A DNA stretch of 64,000 nt from the NCBI GenBank assembly GCA_963754315.1, contig CAVWFS010000018.1, forward strand, positions 576,001-640,000. Direction: 5' to 3'. Below the pieces are notes generated by a model. That model did not search any database. It was not told where the DNA came from and saw nothing but the letters and a program-made list of their open reading frames with translations. Position 1 is the first letter of the stretch. The number at the start of each line of letters is the position of its first letter. Shown here piece by piece: positions 9,050 through 18,098 of the stretch. This DNA comes from an uncultured Candidatus Rokubacteria bacterium. GTDB taxonomy: Bacteria; Methylomirabilota; Methylomirabilia; Rokubacteriales; CSP1-6. The position numbers and the translations under genes were made by a program.

Positions 9050-9215
9050 TGTCCGAGGCACGTCTCCGGGTCGCTTCCGAGCCGGCGCTGGGGGGCTAGG
9101 GGGGCCCTTTCGAGGCCCCCCGAAGGTGAAGCGTGCGAACGAGGAGCGTCCCGGGTTTCCCGGGTCGCTTCCGAGCCGGCCCTGGGGGGCTAGGGGGGCC
9201 CTTTCGGGGCCCCCC
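9050..9215. repeat. Tandem dimer of a GC-rich two-hairpin dispersed repeat (REP/MITE-like)
   Basis: Near-identical 56-bp copies at 9066-9121 and 9160-9215 (CCGGGTCGCTTCCGAGCCGGC...GGGGGGCCCTTTCGRGGCCCCCC). The reverse complement matches 61138-61300. Confidence 0.85.
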
Positions 9216-10863
9216 TTACAATCGACTCGACCGTGTACACCGCGAGACGTCCCGCGCGGTTCCTGACGGTCAGCTCGTGGCGTGGCAGATCCCTCGCGTC
9301 GAGGCCAGCCCACCGCGCGGCGTCTTCCGAGATCACCAGCTCGCAGTCGTACTCCTTGGTGAGCTGTTCGAGGCGGCTCGCGAGATTCACCGTGTCGCCG
9401 ACCGCGGTCAGATAGACTCCGGCGCCGTATCCCATGCGGCCGACCACGGCCGAGCCGACGTGGATCCCGATGCCGATCCGGAGCGGGGCTGGCAGCTCGT
9501 GCGCCAGCTCCCGGCTCAACTCACCGAGCGCCAGCACCAGATCACGCGAGGCCGCCAGGGCCTGGCGTGCTCCGGCCTCCGGGCCGGTGTCGAGCCCGAA
9601 GAGGGCCATGACCCCGTCACCTGTGAACTGGTTCGCAACGCCGCCCGCTTTCTCGATCGAGGTCCCGACCACCTCGAAGTAGCGGTTGAGCAGGAAGACG
9701 ACGTCGTAAGGGAGCTTGTGCTCGGCGATCCTGGTGAAGCCCCGCAGGTCGGCAAAAAGAACGGCGATCTCCTGCTCCAGCCCCGGCCGGTGGTCCGCCG
9801 CCACGATCCTACCTGGGGGCGGCATGGCAGGGAGCAGGGGAACGACGGCCACGTCGGTGTGCGGGCGCAGCTGGCAGGCAAGCCTCACGTTGGGCGGGGC
9901 ATTGACTCGCTGGAGCACGCGCGTTTCGGCGGCGCTCGGCGGAGGTAGCTTCTCGAGCCCGAGCCCGATCCGTACCCGGCACGTCGAACAGCGTCCGCGA
10001 CCGCCGCACACGGAGGCGTGGGGAACACCGGCGCCGCGGCTGGCCTCGAGCACCGTGAAGCCCCGCGTCACCTGGACGATCCGTCCGTCCGGATAGACGA
10101 CACGGATCGTCCGGCGGCGCGCATGAAGTGCCCGTATGGTACGGGCGAGCAGCACGACTCCGAGGGCGCCTGCATACCCGTGCAAGAAGCCGCGCTGGAT
10201 GCCTCCCAAGGTCGCGCGCTGGTCGGGGCCAGGTTGCCGGGTCTTCTGCAGTGTGGCCTGGGTCCAGCCCGGCGCGGCGGCCAGCCGTGAAACCTCGCGC
10301 GCCGCCTCAGCGAAGCCGAGCAGCGCGAGCGTCGGCATCAGCACGGCAATGCCGAAGAGCCACGTCACCGCTCGGGGATACCAGGAACGGAAGCGCAGCC
10401 AGTAATGGAGGCCGATGCATCCGTGAATCCAGGCGACGCTCAGGACCAGGGCCTGCTTGATACCCAACTCGGGACTGAGCTGCCCGTAGATGAGGAGTAT
10501 CCGAGCGTAGGGGTCGGCGGTGTCGAACATGACGTGAGCCACCCGCGTTCCCAGAACGTGACCGACCAGGAGCGGGGGAAGGCTGAGCCCCAGGGCGATC
10601 TGGATAGCTTGCCAGGGCGGCATGCGCAGGGTGCGACGCTCGTAGAGAAACCACAGGGCGAGGAGCCCATGGGTGGCCAGAGCGCCGTACAGCCCGACTG
10701 TCCCTACCGGGTTGCGCCAGATGCGAAGGAACCAATAGCGTCCCTCCTCCATCGCGGCAAGCGACACCAGGCCCAGGGCATGGTTCAGGAGGTGGGTCGA
10801 TACGAACGCGAACAGCACCAGACCTGCGCCGAGCCGGCACTGTCGAAACCATGACGGAGCCAC
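9190..10863 (-). CDS. Membrane-bound class III adenylate/guanylate cyclase with 2Fe-2S ferredoxin domain (CyaC-like)
   Basis: His-containing TM region (HLLNHALG, WIHGCIGLHYW), CGGRGRCSTC...RLACQ, LFADLRGFT, FTGDGVMA, GDTVNLASRLE. Confidence 0.9.
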   Translation of the reverse strand: MAPSWFRQCRLGAGLVLFAFVSTHLLNHALGLVSLAAMEEGRYWFLRIWRNPVGTVGLYGALATHGLLALWFLYERRTLRMPPWQAIQIALGLSLPPLLVGHVLGTRVAHVMFDTADPYARILLIYGQLSPELGIKQALVLSVAWIHGCIGLHYWLRFRSWYPRAVTWLFGIAVLMPTLALLGFAEAAREVSRLAAAPGWTQATLQKTRQPGPDQRATLGGIQRGFLHGYAGALGVVLLARTIRALHARRRTIRVVYPDGRIVQVTRGFTVLEASRGAGVPHASVCGGRGRCSTCRVRIGLGLEKLPPPSAAETRVLQRVNAPPNVRLACQLRPHTDVAVVPLLPAMPPPGRIVAADHRPGLEQEIAVLFADLRGFTRIAEHKLPYDVVFLLNRYFEVVGTSIEKAGGVANQFTGDGVMALFGLDTGPEAGARQALAASRDLVLALGELSRELAHELPAPLRIGIGIHVGSAVVGRMGYGAGVYLTAVGDTVNLASRLEQLTKEYDCELVISEDAARWAGLDARDLPRHELTVRNRAGRLAVYTVESIVRGAPKGPP

Positions 10864-10903
10864 GCTAGCCGCCCGATACTCGCGGCGGAGGCGACGTGAC
10901 CGC

Positions 10904-12280
10904 CTAGCCCTTCACGGCGGGCAACCCCCGCAGGGCTTCCTCGACTTTATCGGCCGGATACTCGTAGTCCTGGAGCTTTCCTGCCAGGTACGCCTCGTAG
11001 GCGCTCAAGTCAAGGTAGCCGTGACCACACAGGTTGAAGACGATCGTCTTTCTCTTGCCTTCAGCCTTGCAGCGCAGGGCCTCATCGATCGCACCGCGCA
11101 CGGCATGGGCCGCCTCGGGCGCGGGGAGGATGCCCTCCGCTTGGGCGAAGGTCAAGGCGGCCTGGAACGTGGCCAGTTGCGACACGGCCCTCGCCTCCAG
11201 CATCCCCTCGTCGTACAACTTGCAGATGAGCGGGGCCATGCCGTGATAGCGAAGGCCGCCTGCGTGCATGGGGGCGGGCACGAAGCTGTGGCCGAGGGTG
11301 TGCATTTTAACGAGCGGGGTGAGGCCGACCGTATCCCCGAAGTCGTACACGTACTTGCCCTTGGTGAGGCTCGGACACGCGCTCGGCTCGATGGCCACGA
11401 CCCGGAGCTTCTTGCGCTTCCCCCGCAGCTTGTCGGCTAGGAAGGGAAACGAGAAGCCTGCGAAGTTCGAGCCGCCCCCGATGCAGCCTACGACCACATC
11501 GGCTTCGGCGTCTGCCCGGTCGAGCTGCTTTTTCGTCTCCAGCCCGATCACCGTCTGGTGCATCAGAACGTGGTTCAACACGCTCCCCAGCGAATACTTG
11601 GTATCGTCGCGCTGAGCGGCGTCCTCCACCGCTTCGCTGATCGCGATACCGAGACTGCCCGGGGAGTCGGGATGCTGCTCGAGCACCTTCTTGCCGGAAG
11701 CGGTGTCGGGGCTGGGGCTAGCCACCACCTGGGCTCCCCACGACTCCATCAGAATGCGCCGGTAAGGCTTCTGCTGAAACGAGACCTTCACCATGTAGAT
11801 CTTGCATTGCAACCCGAACATCTGACACGCCATGGCCAGCGCGGATCCCCACTGTCCAGCGCCCGTCTCGGTGGTCAGGCGCTGGACACCTTCCTTCTTG
11901 TTGTAGAACACCTGCGCAACTGCCGTGTTCGGCTTGTGGCTGCCGGCGGGGCTCACGCCCTCGTACTTGTAGTAGATCCGCGCGGGTGTGTCGAGGGCCT
12001 TCTCTAGGCGTCGGGCCCGGTAGAGGGGCGTGGGCCGCCACAGCCGCAGGACGTCGCGCACCTCGTCTGGGATCTCGATCCAGCGCTCCTGGCTGACCTC
12101 CTGCTTGATCAGCTCCATGGGAAAGAGCGGAGCCAGATCGGCCGGTCCCAGAGGCTTGTGGGTGCCGGGGTGCAAGGGAGGAGGCAGCGGGCTTTTGAGG
12201 TCGGCCTGAATGTTGTACCACTTGGTCGGAATGTCCTTCTCACCCAGAAGGAACTTCACCTGATGCTTGTCGCTGCCCAT
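10904..12280 (-). CDS. trpB: Tryptophan synthase beta chain type 2 (TrpB2)
   Basis: [49 protein letters not shown]. No adjacent trpA. Confidence 0.95.
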   Translation of the reverse strand: MGSDKHQVKFLLGEKDIPTKWYNIQADLKSPLPPPLHPGTHKPLGPADLAPLFPMELIKQEVSQERWIEIPDEVRDVLRLWRPTPLYRARRLEKALDTPARIYYKYEGVSPAGSHKPNTAVAQVFYNKKEGVQRLTTETGAGQWGSALAMACQMFGLQCKIYMVKVSFQQKPYRRILMESWGAQVVASPSPDTASGKKVLEQHPDSPGSLGIAISEAVEDAAQRDDTKYSLGSVLNHVLMHQTVIGLETKKQLDRADAEADVVVGCIGGGSNFAGFSFPFLADKLRGKRKKLRVVAIEPSACPSLTKGKYVYDFGDTVGLTPLVKMHTLGHSFVPAPMHAGGLRYHGMAPLICKLYDEGMLEARAVSQLATFQAALTFAQAEGILPAPEAAHAVRGAIDEALRCKAEGKRKTIVFNLCGHGYLDLSAYEAYLAGKLQDYEYPADKVEEALRGLPAVKG

Positions 12281-12460
12281 GGCGGCCTCCTTCGGATCGA
12301 TGGAACGGAAAATCCCGCGCGGAATTGCGGTAACGATACCACGATCCGCGGCCGGGAGCGGTCCGCCACGGCCCCGATTGTCGACCGATCGAACAGCCCG
12401 GAGCGCTTTGACCGCGCAGGGCTTAGAATGAGCGAGACCTGACCGGCAAAGGAGTACACC

Positions 12461-13627
12461 ATGGCCCAGTCCTTGCGCCTCCCCCGTCTCGATGGGGCGA
12501 TCGTTTCCTACGCAGCAGGCACTCCGCAGGCGCTACCGTCGACGGCGACCGCCATCAAGAGCCGAATCGCCTACGCCGCCGTCCACGTGGTGGCGGACCC
12601 GCTCGCGCATGTCAACCCGACTCTCGAGTCAGCCGTAGACTGGGACGCGACGCTCGCGTATCGTCGCCATGTTTACGGCCTTGGGCTGGCGGTGGCTGAG
12701 GCCATGGATACCGCCCAACGCGGGATGGGCATGAGCTGGGAGACCACCAGGGAGCTCATCCGGCGCTCGCTCGACGACGCCCGGGGCACGGCCGGTGCGC
12801 GCATCGGCTGTGGTGTCAGCACGGACCAGCTCGCGTCGGCGGGTCCCTTCACCCTCGAGCAGGTCGAGGCGGCCTACGAAGAGCAGATCGAATGGGTCGA
12901 ACGTCATGGCGGTCAAGTCATCCTGATGGCCAGCCGCGCGCTGGCGGCGTGCGCGCGGGGGCCCGAGGACTACGTCCGTGTGTACGGAAAGCTGCTACGC
13001 CAGGTGAGCCGGCCCGTGATCATCCACTGGCTGGGCGACATGTTCGATCCCGCCCTGGAGGGGTACTGGGGATCTCCGAGTCTGGACGTGGCCATGGAGG
13101 TGCTGCTGGGTATCGTGCGTGAGCACGCGCCCAAGGTGGATGGAGTCAAGCTGTCCCTCCTCGACCAGAAGCGTGAGATCGTCATGCGCCGGCAATTTCC
13201 CCCTGGCGTACACATGTACAGTGGCGACGACTTCGACTATCCGACCACGATCCTGGGTGACGAGCACGGCTACAGTGACGCCTTGCTCGGGATCTTCGAC
13301 GTCATCGCGCCCGCCGCCTCCGCCGCTCTTCACGCCCTCGACGCCGGCAACCTCATCCGCTACGAGGAAATCCTGCGTCCGACCCTACCTCTGTCTCGCC
13401 ACCTCTTTGGTTCCCCCACGCGCTTTTACAAGACAGGGGTGGTGTTCATGGCGTATCTCAACGGTCACCAGGGACATTTCCGCATGGTGGGCGGTCTCGA
13501 GAGTGCCCGCTCGATCATCCATCTGGCCGAGATCTTCCGACTGGCCGATCAAGCGGGACTCCTGCGCGATCCCGACCTCGCCACCGAGCGGATGCGGCGC
13601 GTGCTGGCCGTGGCCGGCCTCGACTAA
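12461..13627 (+). CDS. DUF993 / dihydrodipicolinate synthase-like TIM-barrel protein
   Basis: [50 protein letters not shown]. Confidence 0.85.
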   Translation: MAQSLRLPRLDGAIVSYAAGTPQALPSTATAIKSRIAYAAVHVVADPLAHVNPTLESAVDWDATLAYRRHVYGLGLAVAEAMDTAQRGMGMSWETTRELIRRSLDDARGTAGARIGCGVSTDQLASAGPFTLEQVEAAYEEQIEWVERHGGQVILMASRALAACARGPEDYVRVYGKLLRQVSRPVIIHWLGDMFDPALEGYWGSPSLDVAMEVLLGIVREHAPKVDGVKLSLLDQKREIVMRRQFPPGVHMYSGDDFDYPTTILGDEHGYSDALLGIFDVIAPAASAALHALDAGNLIRYEEILRPTLPLSRHLFGSPTRFYKTGVVFMAYLNGHQGHFRMVGGLESARSIIHLAEIFRLADQAGLLRDPDLATERMRRVLAVAGLD

Positions 13628-14202
13628 CTGCCCCGTTCGATCACCCCGCACGCGAGCGGGGGCCCGCTGTTGCCGGCCGGATTGGTGTGCATGTCGTCGG
13701 CATTCGCGTGCACGACGAGGGCACTTCCGTCGGCATCAAAGAGAGACGCCGAGCCCTTCTCGAGGCTCACGCGTTTGATGGTGACCTCGAGGTGCCCGCG
13801 GCCGCTCGCGTCGACGGTGATGTTGGGCAGGTCTCCCACGTGGGGCCCGCGTGGGTTGGCGGTTCCGTGTTCGGCTCCGGTCGGGTTGAAGTGGCCGCGG
13901 GCGGAGTCGAAGGACGGCGGATCGCATCGCCCGACCTCGTGGATGTGTAGGGCCTTGTCACCCGGCGGCAGACCGTTAACGTCGAGAAGGAGACGAACCT
14001 CTCCACCGTCTTGCAGCAAGACGGCGGTCCCTACGACCCGTCCGTTTCCGTCCTTGAGGTGAGCAGCCGCCGATGGCGGGGGAGTGCTCATGAAGGGGAT
14101 GGGGACGTAGGGGTTGGGCATGTACGGCATTCGGCAGCCGACAAGCGGGAGCACGAAGGCGATGAGCAGGGCGGTAGAGTGAGGACGAATCACGTGGCTC
14201 AT
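13624..14202 (-). CDS. sodC: Cu/Zn superoxide dismutase-family lipoprotein
   Basis: Lipobox LVGC, LHIHEVGRC, GHFNP, HVGDLPN, VVHANADD, GNSG, ACGVI. Confidence 0.9.
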   Translation of the reverse strand: MSHVIRPHSTALLIAFVLPLVGCRMPYMPNPYVPIPFMSTPPPSAAAHLKDGNGRVVGTAVLLQDGGEVRLLLDVNGLPPGDKALHIHEVGRCDPPSFDSARGHFNPTGAEHGTANPRGPHVGDLPNITVDASGRGHLEVTIKRVSLEKGSASLFDADGSALVVHANADDMHTNPAGNSGPPLACGVIERGS

Positions 14203-14885
14203 GGGTAGGGGAGTCGTTCCCCGCGCGCGTGCCAGGTCGGCTCCACGCCCCGGCGGAAGACCCTCACGCGCCCGCGCCCGTCCACGATGGCCGCCCCGTC
14301 CTCGATGCGAATCATCGTCTCTTCCTCGATCCCGAACACGGGGTTGGCGTTCACCGCGTGATACTCCCGGATCCGGTCGTCGCGCGTCTCACTACCGGCC
14401 GCCCGGAGCGGGTCGACCTCGAGATAGTGGGGGTTGATGTTGAACGGGACCAGGCCCAGCGCCTCGAAGCGGTCGAGGGCCACCACGTTCCAGTCGTTGG
14501 TGGTCAGGATCGTCGGCCCCGCCACGTTGGCGCCGGCACTGCTTCCCATGTAAGGCACGCCGTGGTGGACGCGCTCCCGGAGCGCGCCCAGCAGGTGGGA
14601 CGCCCGCAGGCGCTGCAAGAGCGCGTACGTGTTTCCGCCCCCCACGAAGATCGCCTCGACGGACTCCAGTGCCTTGATGGGATCCGTCTTCCAGTAGACG
14701 TGGGTGACCTCGAGGTCCAACGGGGCCAGAGCCTCGCGCACCCGCTCGCAGTAGAGACGCTCGTCGCCGAGGCTGGCCGCGCTCACGAAACCGACGTGCT
14801 GCCGGGGGGCCAGGAAGCGGGCCACGGTCTCACGACAATGCTCGAGCAGCGGTCGGCCCGAGTTGCTGATGAGTAGGATCCGCAT
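14199..14885 (-). CDS. pepE: Dipeptidase E (peptidase S51)
   Basis: FVGGGNTY, GSSAG, TTNDW, FNINPHY, ETRDDRIREY. Confidence 0.9.
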   Translation of the reverse strand: MRILLISNSGRPLLEHCRETVARFLAPRQHVGFVSAASLGDERLYCERVREALAPLDLEVTHVYWKTDPIKALESVEAIFVGGGNTYALLQRLRASHLLGALRERVHHGVPYMGSSAGANVAGPTILTTNDWNVVALDRFEALGLVPFNINPHYLEVDPLRAAGSETRDDRIREYHAVNANPVFGIEEETMIRIEDGAAIVDGRGRVRVFRRGVEPTWHARGERLPYP

Positions 14886-15433
14886 CAAAGGACGTGGAGA
14901 AGCGAGCGAGTGACGAGGGTCTCGCGCTGCCAGAAGCCACTCTCGGCGAGCCAGGCACGCGCCTGCTCGGCGTCCCCGCTGCGGACCAGGGCGAGCACGC
15001 CGCCGTCCTCGAAGAAGCCGCCAAAGGCGATGCGGCCCGCGCCACGCAATTCGATGAGGGCAAAGGGAGCGGCGGCCAGATCGGTCGTCGGCCCCTCGAC
15101 AAGGGTGGCCTGGCGCGAGCCATCGAGGACGATTGGTACCATCTCCCAGGGCTCTACGAACTGGCTGAAGCTGCGCGGCGTGTAGGCCGTCCACACGCCG
15201 CCTGTCCAGTAGGGGTCTTCCTCCAGTGCGTTCTTCACCTGCCAGGGCTGCTGGAGGCGGTAGAAAAGCTCGGCGGTCTTCCCGTCGGGCGCGGGTCCAC
15301 CCCCCACGAAGATTCCCGCCATGCGCAGCCCCTGCAGTCGTTCGAGATGCGCCCGGCGATGGGCTGTACGGCCCTGCAGATAGTCGTCAGCAGCGGTGAC
15401 GGCGATGTGATAGACGATCACGCGGTGATACAC
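14885..15433 (-). CDS. YciI-family protein (two-lobed)
   Basis: RTAHRRAHLERL...GGGPAPDG...EEDPYWTGGVW. Confidence 0.7.
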   Translation of the reverse strand: MYHRVIVYHIAVTAADDYLQGRTAHRRAHLERLQGLRMAGIFVGGGPAPDGKTAELFYRLQQPWQVKNALEEDPYWTGGVWTAYTPRSFSQFVEPWEMVPIVLDGSRQATLVEGPTTDLAAAPFALIELRGAGRIAFGGFFEDGGVLALVRSGDAEQARAWLAESGFWQRETLVTRSLLHVL

Positions 15434-15490
15434 CTCCCGGAGCGCGCGGGTCTCGACGGCAGGATACCATCCCCCGTGCTACTGTGATTC

Positions 15491-18082
15491 GTGATGGAGA
15501 TCCTCGAGCGCTTTCGCTCGAAGTACCCCTTCCCGCTCGATGACTTCCAGGTGGAGGCGGCCCGGGCCATCATGGCTGGGCAATCCGTGATCGTCTCTGC
15601 CCCCACTGGCGCCGGCAAGACGCTGGTCGCGGAGTTCGCCATACAGGCTGCGCTGGAAGGCGGCCGGCGCGTAGCCTACACCACACCCCTCAAGGCCCTT
15701 TCCAACCAGAAGTTCGGAGATTTCACGCGGGCCTTCGGCGAGGAGGTTGTGGGGATCCTCACCGGCGATGTCAAGGTCAACCCGCGTGGTCGGCTCCTGG
15801 TCATGACCACGGAGATTCTCCGGAACATGTTCTACTCCGGCGGTCTGGCCGAGCTCGGCTACGTGGTGCTGGACGAGTGTCATTACATGGGCGACGAGGG
15901 ACGCGGCACCGTGTGGGAGGAGATCATCGTCAACGCGCCCCATGACGTCCAGCTGGTTGCGCTTTCGGCCACGGTGGCCAACGTGAAGGAGATCGCTGAC
16001 TGGATCTCCATCGTGCACGGCCCCATCACCGCCGTCTCCCATCCTCAGCGCCCCGTCCCTCTTGCGTATGCGGTGGCGGATCTAGCCGGCGACATCCACG
16101 ACATGGCCCGCGTGCGGGACGGGCGGGCTCGCCTCATCGGCGACGAATCGCGCGGCGCGGACGCCCGCGGTCGCTGGTACACGCGTCGGGTCGTCGATCC
16201 GGTGGTGCTCATCGAAGCGCTGGAGGGGCGCGGCTGGCTCCCGGCGATCTACTTCATCTTCAGCCGGGCCGGGTGCGAGCGCGCGGTCGATGATGTGCTC
16301 ACCGAGGGTCACAGCTTGTTGACTCGGGCCCAGCGCCAGGAGGTCGAGGTCGCTCTGCACGAGGCTCTCCGCGATACGCCGTCCCTCGGTGAGTCGCCGC
16401 TGAACCAAGGCATTCTGCGTGCGCTGGGCCTCGGGGTCGGGCTTCACCATGCAGGCATCCTCCCGACCCTCAAGCGAGTGATCGAGACGCTCTTCGAGCG
16501 GGGACTCTGTAAAGTGGTGTTCGCGACCGAGACCATGGCGCTCGGCATCCATATGCCGGCCCGGAGCGTAATCCTGCAGGGGTTGACCAAGCGTAGCGAG
16601 CGTGGGTTCCGCACGCTCTCCCACAACGAACTGACACAGATGGCGGGGCGGGCGGGCCGGCGGGGGATCGATAGCGAAGGGCAGTGCGTGATCGCCCTTG
16701 ACGTCCGGGATGGCGTGGAAGACATCTTGCGTGTCGTCGATGGCGCGCCAGAGCCTATCGAGAGCCAATTCAAGCTCGGGTACGGCTCGGCCGCCGTGCT
16801 GCTCGGAACAGGGGCGCCCCCGGAGGCATTACGCCGCCGCATCGAAGCGTCGTTTGGGCAGTATCAGAATTTGAAGCGGATCCGCGACGTTGAGCATGAA
16901 GTGGCCCGTCTCGAGAGTGCCCGCGAAGAGGCACAGCGCTACGAAGCCCCGTGCGGCCACTTCGAGCGTATCGGTCGCTACCGTCAAGCACGCCTAGAGG
17001 TCGAGCAGCACCGCCAAGCGCTCGGGCGGGGAGCACGCCGCGGCGAGCGGGGCCCGCTGGAGGCCGAGGCGGGACGTCTGGCCCTCGTGCGGCGCAAGGG
17101 AGCCCCTACCTTGGCCCTCATTCTCGGAGTTCACTCGATCCGTGGCCACCGGGCCATCGTCGATGCGCTGTTGCCGCACGGTGCGGTTATCCGCGTCAAG
17201 GCTGGAGTGATCAAGCGGATCTTCTGGGCCACCCCACCCCTGCACCTTCCGCTCGATCGGGGGCGGGAGGGTCGGGGACTGCGGCACCTCGCCCAGACGC
17301 TCTCCCAGCTCTCAGTGCCGGAGCTGATGGAACGCGAACGGGCGCGGGGTCCGGAGGCGAGCTTGTCCACCATCGAGTGCCATCGGTGCCCGTGGAGCGC
17401 GACGACGCGATGTGATCAGGCCTGGCGCCAGCTCGAGCAGACGGGCGAGCGCCTCGCGCGCGGCCGGCAGGCGCTGGAGGCGCTGCGGAGCGCCTATTGG
17501 CGGGAGTTCCTCAGTGTGGTGGAGGTGCTCGAGCAATTTGGTGCCGTCCACGAGGGAGCCCTGCAGTCGAAGGGGCGGCTCATCGCCGGCCTGCGCCACG
17601 ACAACGAGCTCCTGGTGGCGGAGGCGGTCGGACGTGGGATCTTCGCCGACGTGAACGTGGCGGAGGCGGCCGCTCTCTGTTCGGCCTTGCTCGAGGAGTC
17701 GCGCTCGGGCGATCCGAACATCGCACGGGGCTTTCTGCGTGCCCACCCGCGGCTCAGGAGGAAGCTCGAGCAACTCATTCCTCTGGCCGACACGGTGGCC
17801 GCCGCTCAGCGGGCCCACCATCTCGTGATCCCCGTGGGAGTCAACAGCGGATTCGTTCCTGCCGTCTTTCGGTGGACGTCCGGAGACGACGACTGGGCCG
17901 GAATCGTGGAGGCTTCATTCGGCGGTCACGAGGGCGACCTCATACGCGCCATGCGGCGCCTCATCGATCTGCTGCGTCAGCTGGCCGAATCCGACGAGGT
18001 GGCAGCGGAACTGAGCCGGCTCCTCGCGCAGGCGGCGCGGGTCGTCGACCGCGGGATCGTCCTCGAGTCGGCGCTGATATGA
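15491..18082 (+). CDS. Ski2/HelY-like DEAD/DEAH-box RNA helicase
   Basis: APTGAGKT, PLKALSNQK, DECH, LSAT, HHAG, QMAGRAGRRG and C-terminal EGDLIR. Confidence 0.92.
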   Translation: MMEILERFRSKYPFPLDDFQVEAARAIMAGQSVIVSAPTGAGKTLVAEFAIQAALEGGRRVAYTTPLKALSNQKFGDFTRAFGEEVVGILTGDVKVNPRGRLLVMTTEILRNMFYSGGLAELGYVVLDECHYMGDEGRGTVWEEIIVNAPHDVQLVALSATVANVKEIADWISIVHGPITAVSHPQRPVPLAYAVADLAGDIHDMARVRDGRARLIGDESRGADARGRWYTRRVVDPVVLIEALEGRGWLPAIYFIFSRAGCERAVDDVLTEGHSLLTRAQRQEVEVALHEALRDTPSLGESPLNQGILRALGLGVGLHHAGILPTLKRVIETLFERGLCKVVFATETMALGIHMPARSVILQGLTKRSERGFRTLSHNELTQMAGRAGRRGIDSEGQCVIALDVRDGVEDILRVVDGAPEPIESQFKLGYGSAAVLLGTGAPPEALRRRIEASFGQYQNLKRIRDVEHEVARLESAREEAQRYEAPCGHFERIGRYRQARLEVEQHRQALGRGARRGERGPLEAEAGRLALVRRKGAPTLALILGVHSIRGHRAIVDALLPHGAVIRVKAGVIKRIFWATPPLHLPLDRGREGRGLRHLAQTLSQLSVPELMERERARGPEASLSTIECHRCPWSATTRCDQAWRQLEQTGERLARGRQALEALRSAYWREFLSVVEVLEQFGAVHEGALQSKGRLIAGLRHDNELLVAEAVGRGIFADVNVAEAAALCSALLEESRSGDPNIARGFLRAHPRLRRKLEQLIPLADTVAAAQRAHHLVIPVGVNSGFVPAVFRWTSGDDDWAGIVEASFGGHEGDLIRAMRRLIDLLRQLAESDEVAAELSRLLAQAARVVDRGIVLESALI

Positions 18083-18098
18083 TCGGTGGTCGACACCC

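Noticed and set aside
9050..9215. Tandem repeats as a CRISPR array
   Set aside because: Only two units per locus, repeats too long, no unique spacers of regular length and no cas genes.
10904..12280. Stand-alone trpB without trpA as a novelty
   Set aside because: This is the normal situation for TrpB2-type enzymes.
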